Shown here: positions 1 to 13,582 of the stretch, in pieces | Layout of the letters: each line of letters begins with the position of its first letter | How positions within the stretch are numbered: the first letter of the stretch is position 1 | NCBI GenBank assembly: GCA_951406725.2 | Contig: OX597823.1 | Location: 46,996,001-47,060,000, forward strand | Source: Octopus vulgaris | Taxonomy: Eukaryota | Direction of reading: 5' to 3' | Length of the DNA stretch: 64,000 nt | Notes under the pieces: model-generated | Databases searched by the model: none | The model's input: the letters and a program-made list of their open reading frames with translations, nothing else | Told to the model about the DNA's origin: nothing | Position numbers and translations under genes: made by a program

Positions 1-16
1 TTATTAATATTATTAT

Positions 17-97
<81 letters not shown>

Positions 98-98
98 T
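17..98. repeat. (ACA)n-(AAT)n compound microsatellite
   Basis: Directly visible trinucleotide runs. Confidence 0.95.
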
Positions 99-99
99 A

Positions 100-320
100 A
101 GGCGGTGAGCTGGCAGAATCGTTAGCATGCCGGGGGAAATACTTAGCGGTATTTCGTCTGTCTTCACGTTCTGAGTTCAAATTCCGCCGAGTTCGACTTC
201 GCCGTACTTCCTTTTGGAGTCGATAAATTAAGTACCAGTGAAACACTGGGGTTGATGAAATTGACGAGCCCTCTCCCCCAAATTTCAGGCCTTGTGCCTA
301 GAGTAGAAAGGATTATTATT
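100..320 (+). mobile_element. tRNA-derived SINE, family A (Meta-domain-like central region)
   Basis: Head GGCGGTGAGCTGGCAGAATCG (A-box-like), GTTCAAATTCC (B-box-like), central GTCGATAAATTAAGTACCAG. More than 15 copies in this window. Confidence 0.85.
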
Positions 321-1312
321 TGACGCGGTCATTGGTGCGATAGTAATAATCAGGCAGATAGTAACGGTGTCTTCATGTAAATAATGTGGAGTGTTTTTCT
401 GTCGCATGCTGTTTATACACACACATATTCGTACACATACGTACACACACACACACACACACACGCGCAAATACGTGTATGTATGTGTGATTGTATGTGT
501 GTAAGTGTGATAGTTGAATACGCGTGTTGAAGATTTTGGAATGTACAGTCACACCTTAAAGTACATAGTATAGATGACCATCATCGTCTTCAGTAAATGA
601 CCATGGATGCAGGAGTAGTTGTTCGTATCTGCGAATGTTTGTGAGCATGGGTTCCCATTCACTGAGATAAAACTTCAAGATCACAGCTTTGACCTTTCCG
701 CTTGGTTTTTACCTTCACCCGAAGGATGCAACCAGATGACCCTAAACTAATCTAACATTTTGTATCGTGACACAAATAAGAAAAAGCAAATATGTAAAAT
801 ATCCTGGAAGTAAATTACATGCATAAAGCTTTATTAAAAAAACCGCAGTAAGCGATGTATATGTGCACCTTGTAAAGTAACAGGCGAACCATCGAAATAT
901 TTAATTCGTTGTCACCAAACTGTATTGTCAAAAATTGCCTCAGAGTATTGGCGTAATGTATTAGCTTCTGATCTTGCATAAAAACGTAGTTTTTGACCTT
1001 TAGGTGTCGCCATAGTTCAAACAGTAAATGGATTTTAGCATCTTCAGATAATTTTAAAAGATGTGAAAAAATGAGCAATTGAAAATTTCGTTCGACTCTT
1101 CGAGGTTATAGTAACTGAGCATGATGGATGTATTCATCACGTCAGGCATTTGATATATTAGCAAATTACGTGTATACTTAACATAAATGGACAGATATTA
1201 TAGAAAATATATATTTGGTTATAGTGCTTGCAAAACATGCAAACAGCATTCTTTCATACGCACACCCACACACATACACACACGTATATTTATATATATA
1301 TACATATGTATG

Positions 1313-1362
<50 letters not shown>

Positions 1363-1469
1363 AGCAGGTAGGGCGTGCATTTATGTTTGCATGTATGTGC
1401 ATGTGTGTTTATATGCTATTCATACATACATACATGTATATGTGTGTATGCATGTACGTATGTATGTAA

Positions 1470-1522
<53 letters not shown>

Positions 1523-1681
1523 CATACATACATACATACATACATACATACATACATACATACATACATACATACATGCATACATACATACAAATGTACA
1601 TTATTTAATTCAGCTATTGTGTTGTAAAAGCTTGATTTTACTTCTTTTTACACTGTCATCTACCTATGAGTGTGTACATAA

Positions 1682-1727
<46 letters not shown>

Positions 1728-2024
1728 CTATGTATGTATATATATATGAATAGCTAGATAGATAAATAGACAGACAGACAGACAGACAGGCAAACACACA
1801 TATACACGTACGTACATATATATGTAAGTTGTGTGTGTGTGTTTGTGTGTTTTTTCTGTATTTAACGAGACATGAAAAAACATAGAGATCTGCATAAAAG
1901 ATCATTCTGCAATAAAGATCATTCTTGTGTGTGCATGCATATACACCTACCTGGCTACATACATACACACATACATACATACATACATACATACATACAT
2001 ACATACATACATACATACATACAT

Positions 2025-5000
2025 AGGAACATTCGAAGCGACGAGTCGCGTATTTGGCGTGGGAGACTATTTATCTAAAATACGATGAATGCTATCTTCA
2101 ATTTTGGAGCCACAACTAGTAGCCTTGTTAAATAACTGGTTAATCTTCAGATGAATTAACTGAGGGAGCCTTTTTTTTATTCACGATCGTAGTGATTTTC
2201 GACTGAAACTTGAGTTTAGCATGCAGAGAGATACTACGAACAACATGGCTGGACACAACATCAACGACACAATCGAGGAACAGAACGAAAACAACAGCTC
2301 AGCTGGTAAACAAATTCTTTCTATCTGTAGTTATAGAATGAACCGTAACTACAAAACTCATTTCTCTCAGAGTTATGAATTGAATAATGATCTATTTAAC
2401 TGCTACGAAAAAAGCAAAACAAAACACCACTGTTGGCTATACGAAACGATTGAAATTATATTGGGATGATCTGCATCCAGAATTAAATCATTTTACTGCG
2501 AAGCAACTACGCCAACAAGCAACATTTGTAGAACATAGAAAGAAGGTTAGTAACGGTAACTTTATTAAGAAATCAAAAATTAACCTTCTTCCCAACTCTA
2601 TAAACAAAAGCGAAAACGTGAATGATATAAGATCACCACGTGGTTTCGCAGCTAGCGACATTCCAACAGATTCTATAGTGCCTGCCAGCCAAACTACATT
2701 ACTGGCTCAAGTAACTGACCACTGTCCCCCTACTACGACTATGGTAAATAGCAGGTAAGATTATTGTAGAAATAGTGGTTGTCAGGATTATATGTCAGTG
2801 AAATGTGCCCTTACTGAATTTTTCCGAGAACAAATAACTTTGGCTTTGAAGGACTCTCTCGAGGAGAGAGTATTTTGTACCAAAGTAAGTAAAAAAACCA
2901 CCAAATACAGTATTAAAAGCTGTTAACGAAATTGGTGATGAGTATTTACAACAGTGTAATGAACCTACGTATTGGCAGATTAATGCTTGTCTATATGCTT
3001 TGGTTACTACTGTAAAACAGAACATGAATGATATTCAAAAAGTAAACAAAACCGAAATGACAAAGAAAGTGCCATCATAGATTTTGAAGACAGAAAAAAG
3101 ATAACTGGTTTACGGAAGACCATCAATCATGTAATGTTGCTTATTGCATGCAAACAAACAAATCACTATACGTCCCATTAACAGAAAGTAAAGGAGATAT
3201 AAATTATGTTTGGAGACAGCAAACAGAGGACACTCACTTGCAAACTGATTACCCTCAAGCAGGAGCTAAAAGCTGTGAGTGAAAAACTCCGACATCAGCA
3301 GAGAATAACCGAGAGAAGAACAATAAACAAAACATTTAACCGCAACCAGGTAGCAGTATAGAGACATGAGAGGAAGAACAGTAAACATCACGGAAGCTCC
3401 TTCACGAGAAGACATAGACTCCTTCTGGAGGAAAATCTGGAGTGAAGAGAAAGAATTTAACCAAGATGCTCTGTGGCTGGAATAAATCCGAAGAAGTTAT
3501 CGCTCCTGCATTACTTCCAACGCATACAGCATTGATGGTGAAACTCTTGCAGTTGTGATCCAGAATTTCCAGAATGGAAAAGCACCTGGAAGAGACTTGA
3601 TTGTTGGATATTGGTACAAGAAGCTAATATTCTACCGACTATATCTTATCAATCTGTACCAGCAAGCTTTTTATTGGGAGCAGTAGCATACTACACTGGT
3701 TAGCTCTGGCAGAGACAAAATTGATCCCCAAATGCAGAACCACCCACAGGACAAAAACTACTGGCCAATAGCCTGCCAGAACTTAATGTATAAAATATAT
3801 GAAACCGCTTCCTCTAGAACCATTGTGAAACAGATAACGTCACAACAGAACAAGCAGCTGGGAAGAAGGGAGTCTGGGGATGTGCCCAGCAATTGTTAAT
3901 CAACAACTGTGATGTCCGAGGTGCGAAAGCACAGGAGGAACCTAGTTTCAATGTGACTAGACTACAAGAAATCTTTGACTCTGTTCCCCACTTATGGATG
4001 GTAGAAGCCCTTCAACTTGCTAAAATTCCAGTGAGGGTAGTGAAAGCCATAGCTGACCTGACTTCATCTAGGCCACCATCTTGAAATTAAACACAAAGAG
4101 TGTATTATCACCGGTAGAATACACTATCGCAATGGCATATTCCAAGCAGACCGCCTCTCTGTGAAGTTGTTTAATTTCTATAAACCCCCTGTCATTCATG
4201 TTAAGGAAGTCTGAAGGATATCTCGCTGGTCCACAAGGAAACAGAAATACCAAAATTACACACTTTTTCGTTGTGGATGACTTAAAACTTTACGCAAAAA
4301 TATGCATGAGATGAATAAGAGCCTTTGACCTAGTTACAACATTGTTAAACGATGTAGGATTGGAGTTTGGTCAAGAAAAATGTAAAAAAGGGGAAAACTA
4401 TAAACCAGACTAGTAATATTTCCATTAATGATTTGACTGATTCCTCTATATCTGACGAGGAATGTTACAGGTATCTAAGGGTGGATGAAAATATATCTTA
4501 CAGTAGCACCTGTAACAAAACATGTGAAACTAAAGAATATTACAGCCGAATAAAGAAAATTGGAACCTCAGAACTCTCTGCGTTCAATAAAACAGTGATC
4601 CCCAATGTGTTTGCAGTGCCAGTACTCATACCAACACTTGAGCTGCTTGATTGGGCGCTTCATGAGATCCGAGCCAGTGATGTGAAAATCCGAAAAATAC
4701 TAACAAGCACACATAATTTCCACATAAACTGATGTAGACCGACTCTACCTATAAAGCGAAACCAAGGCAGCAGAGGCTTAACATCGATCCAAAATGCCTT
4801 TGAATGTCGCATCATATCCCTTCGGCAACATCTTCTAACCACCAAGTGTCGAAGTGCATCCCTTGACCAAGTTTGCATGCATGAGGCTGATAATTTCATA
4901 AGACTTGGAAGGCAGCTCCAAGAGCAACAGACTTTGTCTGATAACCTTGATTACATGCCCAAAGAAGTCGCACAACTCTACCGCAGCGTATCATCAGATG

Positions 5001-6036
5001 ACAGGATGAGCCTATATGAGCAGAAGACTATGCATGGATATGTTACTAGAAAGCTCTGTGATGATAGTAATATCGATCATCAAAGTTTATCATGGACCAA
5101 TAGCCGGATTACTACCTCCCACTTTGAAGGGTATGCTTTTGCAATCCAGGAACGGCAAATATCAACCAAGCACCTGATGCACAAAAGGGATAGAGATGCA
5201 GGTAAAACCGTAAAGTGTAACAACCATTGCAGACTTTGTGGTGTTCATACTGAAGATATCACCCACATCATAAGCAGTTGTCCAAAAATGCCATCACGGT
5301 ATTATCTACCGATGACACATTACGTTGTAGCTAAGACACTTTATAATGAAATCCGCCGGAAGAAATAAAAACCTACAATATGGTAGAAACCATTGCCACT
5401 CATAATAATAAGGAATACTGGTGGAACGTACCTTAATCAAGACCTCAATAAAATGTAAGCACAACAGACCTGATATAATGATTTGGGATAGACAAGAGAA
5501 ACTGTGCACAGTTGTGGAAATTAGCTGCCCAACGGATGTTAGCATAAAGCTGAAGATCAGTGGAAAAGAGAACACTTATGCTGAACTATTGAGAAATCTG
5601 TAGTTACTCTATCCAGATAATAAGTTCAGGTTTATACCTGTAATTATTGGGGCTCTGAGATATGTAACACACTGCTTATATACCAATCTTGAGAAAGTAG
5701 GTTTCTCAAAACCAGAAAGGAGAAAGCTAATTCGAAAGCTACAGATCCAATCCATCACTTGAACTGTAAAAATCTGTAAAACTTTCCAGAAATTTATCAT
5801 CTAAATATATATGAGCATGTCTAGATATGCAACTACATGCATGAGAATACATACATAAAACATACAAATCTGCACATACGTAAATTACATACATATATGC
5901 ATGCATACATACATACATACATACATACATACATACATACATACATACATACATACATACATACATGCATACAAACTAGGTTAGAAACTGGTTCTTTCTC
6001 TATTGGCAAGAAATCTTGAAATAGACGGAATAATGT
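2025..6036 (+). mobile_element. Near full-length, decayed R4/Dong-clade non-LTR retrotransposon (RT, zinc knuckle, restriction-like endonuclease)
   Basis: 5'UTR from ~2025, broken ORF 2221-5804, 3'UTR to ~6036. Flanked by (CATA)n on both sides. Confidence 0.88.
2221..5804 (+). pseudogene. RT-RLE polyprotein pseudogene with many frameshifts and stops
   Basis: Motifs in order across frames: KAPGRDLIVGYWYKK, PIACQNLMYKIY, EQAAGKKGVWGC, FDSVPH, VDDLKLYAK, CRLCGVHTEDITHIISSC (CCHC), KHNRPDIMIWD..VEISCP (PD..D/E RLE), PVIIGAL. Confidence 0.9.
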
Positions 6037-6048
6037 CATACATACAAG

Positions 6049-6190
6049 CCATCACTGGTATTGTAAAAATCTGTAAAACTTGCCAGAAGTTTATTATTTA
6101 AGTATATATAAGCATGTCTAGCCATGCAACTATATGCATGAGAATACATACATAAGACAAAGCATACAAATTTGCACACATATAAATCCA
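6049..6190 (+). mobile_element. 5'-truncated second copy of the R4/Dong 3' end
   Basis: Closely repeats 5753-5880 (CCATCACTGG..AAAATCTGTAAAACT..GCATGAGAATACATACATA). Confidence 0.85.
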
Positions 6191-6335
6191 TATGTATATA
6201 TATATAAACATACACAGAAAGAGACAGGCGAATTCAGAAACTAAAACAGAAAGCGTGAGAGAGAAACCATACACAAATAAGCACGTATGTAAAACTATGT
6301 GTGTGTGTGAAATTGATACACACACACGCACACTC

Positions 6336-6382
<47 letters not shown>

Positions 6383-7629
6383 AGGCAGGTTCGTAGCTCC
6401 AGTTACAATAGACTTTTATCCGGCTGTTTGGATGTCTGGAGACCAAAACAATTCGATAAAGCTATTTGTTCCTTTCCTTGAGCGCTCCTTGTTATAATTA
6501 TAATATAAATCAATTAGGTCAAATGAAAAATTGACACAATCTGTTGTCTGAAGATACAGCATTTTCATTTTGGAATTAGGCTTAAAATTATTTCTCTTTC
6601 TCACACTTCAGTTAGTCCAGAAATTAACAAAATTAATTTGATTGAGCAATTTCTCAGCATCTGATAGTTTATTGATAACACCTTTTAGATAGAAAAATTT
6701 ACGAGTAAGTCATCAAACACAAACACCTTCACGCAGAGACGTGACTTAACACGTATTAGTATCCTTTTCATACTGTCGCTCCTACATCACACCTTTCTCA
6801 CAGACAAGACCTCTTCGGTTTCTGCGACCTAATCACTGATTTTCATCTACTTCCATTTTGAGTTCCACAGACGTTTTTGCAAAACTTAATTCTGCAGACA
6901 TGATAAACTAAAGCTGGAATTTTGATCATGATTTTGTATAGACACAAACAGCATCTACATTCAGTTGACTTCTAACTACTCGAAAAGCTCGACTTTCATT
7001 CAAATCCTGCTCTCTCTTAAAAACGATTATTAATTGCTCGTCAACAATGAGTCAAAAAGTAAAACTCTACACAATGACTTCTCGTAGATATAGGAGCTAA
7101 ATCTCTTTAAAAAAAACACCCATGAAAACACCATTAAATGAAAGATAGATTGGAGCTAAATCTTTTTCAAATAACATTATATCATATTCCAGTCACAGCT
7201 GGTACATTTTTCATATTAGGTCTGTTTCCTTGATCACGTTTAACCCTGGGTTATGCAACAATAACAGTGACAGAAGCTCGTCAGCTAAGCTATAGAAAGG
7301 CACAGCTTGTTGCTAAAACATACACTGGTCTTACGTAGTTTTAAGAACGTTAGCTTACATAACGCTATCATCGTGAAACCTTTAACTCTCTAACAACACC
7401 ATCGAAAGACTGACTGATATATAATGTAAACAAGATATCTTTCAGCCTCTTGGCAGCATAAAAAAAAACTGGACAGCAGTATACAACATATTACATTGCA
7501 CATGAATTTCTCTTTAGAGGACGCCATAAATAAGATACCCAACGGATACGTCAGATCCTTCACCACTCAGTCAATATTTCGTAAACCCTTAACTCCCTAG
7601 CTAATGAAATCACAGCTACTAATAATCAC

Positions 7630-8260
7630 TGAACTGTGGTCATGCTGGAGCACTGCCTTGAAACATGTAGTCAAACAAATTGATCCAGAATGACTATAAA
7701 AATCAGATACTTATTCTATCGGTCACTTTGGCCGAACCTCTTAGTTACAGGCACGTAAACGAGCTATCACTGATTGTTAAGTGGATGGGAAAAAGCGCGC
7801 GCGTGCGCGCACATACACACACACGCACACACGAACGCCCACACACTCACACTCACACAATTTCCGTCTAACAATGTCACTCAAAAGACATTGGTCAGCA
7901 GAAAGCTATAGTAGAAGACACTTGCCCAAGGCGCCGCACGCAGAGACTGACCCCAAAACCACGTGGCTGATAAGCGAGCTACTTAACCACACAGCCACAA
8001 AAATAACGAGTCCCCCTTTTTTATATTATTACATGTATCAGTCATTTGACAGCGGCCATGCTTCAGCACCGCTGTGGAGGATATTAGTCGAACAAATCAA
8101 CCCCAGTATTTATTCTATCGGCTTCTTTTGCCGACCGGCTAAGTTACGCGGACGTAAATTCATCAGCATCGGTTGTCAAGTGGTGGTGGGAAACAAATAC
8201 AGACACAAAGATACACACACTCACACACACACATACACACATACGTATATATATACACAT

Positions 8261-8339
<79 letters not shown>

Positions 8340-8480
8340 TAGATATAGATATAGATATATATATACGACGGGTTTCATTCAGTTACTGGTCAGCCCGGGG
8401 GTAAAGCAGAAGGCATTTGTTCAAGGTGCCATGCTGTTGGATTACGTATTTGGGAAGCAAACTTCTTACCACACAGCCAC
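7630..8480 (-). mobile_element. Two tandem family B SINEs (CORE-like, internal microsatellite)
   Basis: Reverse complement of the GGCTGTGTGGTAAG..CACCTTGGGCAAGTGTCTTC..CAGCATGGCCGC family, at ~7630-8000 and ~8040-8480. Confidence 0.75.
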
Positions 8481-8629
8481 CCCTGTTGTATATAATATTC
8501 TTCCTGAAGTCAATGGTGTTCCGGTAAAGAAAGCGCAACAGAAAGTCTGCTAAAGTAACTCTTTTGTAGACCTCGTACTGCAAAGTAAGAACTTTGTGGC
8601 GCAATGATAATATAGGTTTCAACTTTTGG

Positions 8630-9373
8630 CACAAGGCCAGCATTTCAAGGAGAGGGGTTAAGTCAATTACATCGACCCCAGTGTTTAACTGGTGTTTATT
8701 TTATCGACCCCGAAAGAGATGAAAAGGAAAATCGACTTCGGCAGAATTTGAACTCAGAACGTGAAGACAAACGAAATACCTGTTTCTTTATTACCTACAA
8801 GGGGCTAAACATAGAGGGGACAAACAAACGGATTAAGTCGATTATATCGACTCCAGTGCGTAACTGGTACTTAATTTATCGACCCCGAAAGGATGAAAGG
8901 CAAAGCTGACTCGGCGGAATTTGAACTCAGAACGAAACGGCAGACGAAATACCTATTTCTTTACAACCCACAAGGGGCTAAACACAGAGAGGACAAACAA
9001 GGACAGACAAACGGATTAAGTTGATTATATCGACCCACCCCAGTACGTAACTGGTACTTATTCAATCGACTCCGAAAGGGTGAAAGGCAAATTCGACCTC
9101 GGCGGAATTTGAACTCAGTACATAGCGGCAGACGAAATACCTATTTCTTTATTACCCACAAGGGGCTGAACATAGAGGGTTCAAACATGGACAGACATAG
9201 GTATTAAGTCGATTATATCGACCCCAGTGCTTAACTGGTGCTTAATTTATCAACCCCGAAAGGATGAAAGGCAAAGTGGACCTCGGCGGAATTTGAACTC
9301 ACAACGTAACGGCAGACGAAATACCGCTCAGCATTTCACCCGGCGTGCTAACGTTTCTGCCAGCTCGCCGCCT
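8630..9373 (-). mobile_element. Tetrameric head-to-tail family A SINE array
   Basis: One head at 9373, three ~175-190 bp variant units joined at AAAGAAA(T/C)AG|GTATTTCG, then one standard-tail unit. Confidence 0.88.
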
Positions 9374-9616
9374 TAGTACAATGATAATACTGGCTGAATT
9401 AATCGCTGCAAAACTGAATGAAAAAAGTAAGTGGGTCTCAATTGAGATTGAACATTAAAGCCCATACGGATGATATGAATCATTGCAAGGCTTCATCTCA
9501 TCTGCCATTTTTATCTATCAATGTGATTCTTTCTTTTTTTTTACTACATAAGCAGAAAACTTCAAATGCAATATTGAATTTAACGAGCACTTTGTAACGT
9601 CAACCATCTCCATCAT

Positions 9617-9690
9617 TCACAACTGTAGAATCAATATTAACATCCAGCAGGAAGACAAATAGGCAAACGCCACTGACAATGCTCTGTTGT
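9617..9690 (-). CDS. Possible terminal coding exon with hydrophobic C-terminus (xNRALSVAFAYLSSCWMLILILQL*)
   Basis: Long T-rich tract plus TTTCAG acceptor at 9691-9692, phase 1, open to TGA at 9617-9619. No upstream exons confirmed. Confidence 0.3.
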
Positions 9691-10449
9691 CTGAAATATC
9701 ATAAAATGCAACATTTGAAGAAAACAAAAATGAAATAACAGTAAAAAAAAAAAAAAAGAAAATAACAAATATCGTGGTGGAAATTGATACGATCTTTCTT
9801 CGTTGAAATTAAACCTAAATGTAGGTTAATAAAACTACTAGAATATTTCTTTTCAAATAAACATTTTCTCATACTTTAGAAATCACTTGATAGAATATAA
9901 AAAAGAATTTAAAAAATAATAAAACAATATACAACTCTATTTTAAGATGTGGAAAAAATATGAATATTTTCTTTAATTGAAGGTTATATTGCTATTGTAA
10001 TAATATAAGTAAGAAAAACATTTGAAAAGTTATATTGCATTGAAAAAGCTGAATGCCCAAAAGATTAAAACTCCAAAGACATACAAAACTGATGGCAGTT
10101 TCACTTGAAAAGAAATATAATAGATGACAAATAATTTCAAAGCAAAATATAAGATAATTAATTATACTTATCAGTTCGACTTTAACTGGGAATAGTTTCT
10201 GTCTATAGATGCTCTGTATTCCTTCGAAAATAATTCTACATTTCTTACAATGTGCAGACATCTAACATTATAATTTCATTTGCAGTGAAATATTTCCAAA
10301 ACTTCAGGCAAAGAAACATTGAATACAGTTTTGTTAAGGAGGTGATTGATCGAAATGATTTCTGATTTATAACTTTATGGAAAGCATAACAGAAGAAACA
10401 ATGGATGCTTTGATGGTAAAAATAAGTATAATAATAGAAATGTTAATAC

Positions 10450-11189
10450 AGTACCAGACCAAATATCTGGCAATGTTGGACCGGAATAGGTTCGGGTCTA
10501 TGGATTTCCCGGTTTTCTGAAGACAGTATAAATATACACTTAAAATAAAAGATAAACTATGAAAAATAAAGAGTTAAATTGTATTTAGCAGATTCAAATT
10601 AATACACTTCTAAACCAGGGACTGTTTGATATTTATTAAGCCACTTAACATTTTTAAAATATACCATACTGTACTATATGTACAGTATATTGTTTATAGT
10701 GGAGGCGCGTGGCTTAGCGGTTAGGTTGTCAGCATCATGATCGTAAGATTGTGGCTTCGATTCCTGGACCGGGTGACGCGTTGTGTTCTTGAGCAAACCA
10801 CTTCATTTCACGTTGCTCCAGTCCATTCAGCTGGCAAAAATGAGTAACGCTGCGATGGTCTGGCGTCCCGTCCAGCTGGAGAATACATACGCCATTGAAA
10901 CCGGGAAACTGGGCCCATGAGCCTGGCTAGGCTTTAAAAGGGCGCATTTATTATTATTATTATGTTTATAGGGTGAAAATTAAACAAGAAAAAAGTAAAG
11001 AACATGATCTTAATTAATAGATGCAAGTTCAAAGCAGAATATTTTTGATTTTTATCAATCCACTTTAAAATTAATGAATAAAACCATTTTTAACCAACTC
11101 CACAAAAAGGGTACAGTATATTGCACAGTATTGCAGTTTTCCCGGATTTCTAGAAATTGCTGATTCCTGGACGTCAGATAAGGGTACTG
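10450..11189. mobile_element. Tigger/pogo-like MITE interrupted by a SINE
   Basis: Termini CAGTACC / GGTACTG; left end preceded by TA. Confidence 0.5.
10701..10962 (+). mobile_element. tRNA-derived SINE, family C
   Basis: GGAGGCGCGTGGCTTAGCGG head, B-box TTCGATTCC, (TTA)n tail, TSD TGTTTATAG (10691-10699 / 10963-10971). Second copy at 36785-37031. Confidence 0.88.
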
Positions 11190-11465
11190 CGTTCAGTTGT
11201 TCTAGATTCAAGTATAATACACAATGTCAGCTGTTTGATCTTTTCTCAGTAGTATCTGAAAATGGATTATCAACCTGAGAAAGAAAGCAAGTATGATTTA
11301 AACACACATTGACATTAGTGGTGTAAATAAAACGAAATTGCTTCAATTGACTATTGTAATTTATTTGCAAATTCAGTTCTTCCGAAACTGGATTTCCAAA
11401 TAAATTACAACTTTATCGTGGGAAATTCAGTTTGAGAAACGGGACACGGATGTGAGTTTCCAGAT

Positions 11466-11696
11466 CAGTGGTTCAACACCAGGGCCCATATAAGACTTTG
11501 TTTATTAAAAATTATGTGCAATAGGCGAAGGAGTGGCTGTGTGGTAAGTAGCTTGCTTATGAACCACATGGTTCCGAGTTCAGTCTCACTGCGTGGCACC
11601 TTGGGCAAGTGTCTTCAACTATAGCCTCGGGCCGACCAAAGCCTTGTGAGTGGATTTGGTAGACGGAAACTGAAAGAAGCCCGTCGTATATATGTA

Positions 11697-11729
<33 letters not shown>

Positions 11730-12087
11730 TTGTGTGTCAATGTTTGTCCCCCCCCCCCCAACATCTCTTGACAACCGATGCTGGTGTGTTTACGCCCTCG
11801 TAAATTAGCGGTTCAGCAAAAGAGACCGATAGAATAAGTACTAGCCTTACAAAGAATAAGTCCTGGAGTCGATTTGCTCGACTAAAGGCGGTGCTCCAGC
11901 ATGGCCGCAGTCAAATGACTGAAACGAACAAAAGAGTAAAAGAGAGTAAAGAGTAATTCCTAATAATATTGAATAATGAAAATATACAATAATAGGATGT
12001 TTTTAAATATTGAATGTTTAGAGGGTCCGCCCGAGTAGAATAGGAATCAAAGGAGTCTATAGGTTAAAAAATGGTTGAGTATCACTG
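11466..12087. mobile_element. hAT (Charlie-like) MITE interrupted by a SINE
   Basis: CAGTGGTTC..GAGTATCACTG termini; interior similar to 13246-13582. Confidence 0.6.
11523..11950 (+). mobile_element. Family B SINE, full length
   Basis: GGCGAAGGAGTGGCTGTGTGGTAAG head, CCTTGGGCAAGTG CORE-like segment, internal (GT)n, (AAAGAGT)-type tail. Confidence 0.88.
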
Positions 12088-12741
12088 CTCTTGGCATTTT
12101 ACGAGTAAGCGAAACTATACGGTAATCGTCAGAAAGACACGAATACTAAAACTAGCCCATCAGTAATCAGGCACTATACCAATGAATGTTTTAGGTCAGC
12201 GGACTTGAAAGTCGGCATCTTTGGTTCGGTTCCTTTATCATTGTTGTAGAAGGAATTAGCTTCTTTACCGCCTTTGCGAGAGCAACCGAATGAGAACAAT
12301 ATGATACGTTAACTTCTTCGGCACTCTATTGCGTCGTTCATTTGCGTTGTTGTCGTGGCAATAAATAGATTTCTATAAGTAATCTCCTAATTAGCCCGGA
12401 AAATTAATAACTATGAAGATATTTCTTAAATTTTTGTGTGCAGACTGGTATGAAAAATATAAAGAAAAAAAAAACAATAAGAATTTTGAAAAGAAAGCAA
12501 TGTTTTGCCATATTTGACAGCTCAGTTCAAATAAGATTCTTCTTATTTCAGGTAAAACTTTGCGTGTATGCAAGTAAGATTATATTATAGAATTTACAAT
12601 CAACTGTAATACTGCTTTAAGCAACTGAGGATAGTGATAATAATATAATTTAACCAGGAAGTGTTATAGTATTTATTTTTTGAAATGCATCTCAGAACAT
12701 TATCGTTGATACCTCCATTTAAGATCTTTAACAGTCTAAAT

Positions 12742-13018
12742 CAGTGGTTCCCAAACTTTTTCGAGCTGCTGCTCCCTTGGCACCAAAACCGCATTCCTAG
12801 CGCCTTACCATGACCACAAATATAAATTGAAACAACAGTAAATTGAAACAAGAGCATTTCACAAATAAAACTTAATCTAATTATCTCGTAATGTTGTTGT
12901 TATTACATCCATCACCCACTTTTTGCCACTCCATTTTCATCTACTTTTCTTCTGCCCTCCCGCCACATGGATTCCACCGTCCTCAGTGGAGCAGTAGGAC
13001 CAAATTTGGGAATCACTG
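12742..13018. mobile_element. hAT (Charlie-like) MITE
   Basis: TIRs CAGTGGTTCCCAAA / TTTGGGAATCACTG; perfect 8-bp TSD GTCTAAAT. Confidence 0.9.
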
Positions 13019-13245
13019 GTCTAAATGATGTACTTTTTCTACTATTGGTGCAAGGCCAAAAATTTTGATGGGAAGGGACCAGTCGATAATATTGACACTT
13101 CCTCCGAGTGCTCAACTAGATCTTATTTTATCGACCTCGAAAGCATGAAAAGCCACTAACCATTTTCTAACCATCAGAAGAAAAGCCACTAACCATTTTC
13201 TCTGGCGCGCTACTGATTCTACTAAGTCACCGTTTTCGTCTAAAT

Positions 13246-13582
13246 CAGGGGTTCCCAACCGGGATCCATGTGGCCCCTGAGGATCCTTATAAGATTTACG
13301 GGGGTCCACGCAATAAAATAGGAAATTGGGGATCCACAATAGGGCACTTGATAAAATTTTGCATTAGATGTACAGTATTTATTAGCATGTATTACAAGAT
13401 ACAGCTAGGTTTCTTTCTCTAACATTTTCAACCTACACAAGTTTATGTGCGATAAACAAAATAGAAATTTTGAAAGACATTTCTATAAAATTAGTTTTTA
13501 AACATCGAATGACTACGGGCGCACACCAGAATAAAATAGTAATCAAAGGGATCTATTACTAAAAAGTTGTTGAGTACCCCTG
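13246..13582. mobile_element. hAT (Charlie-like) MITE
   Basis: TIRs CAGGGGTTCCCAAC / GTTGAGTACCCCTG; TSD GTCTAAAT / GTCTAATC. Confidence 0.85.

Noticed and set aside
100-190. tRNA genes at SINE heads
   Set aside because: A and B boxes are present but no cloverleaf is evident, and each continues into a SINE body.
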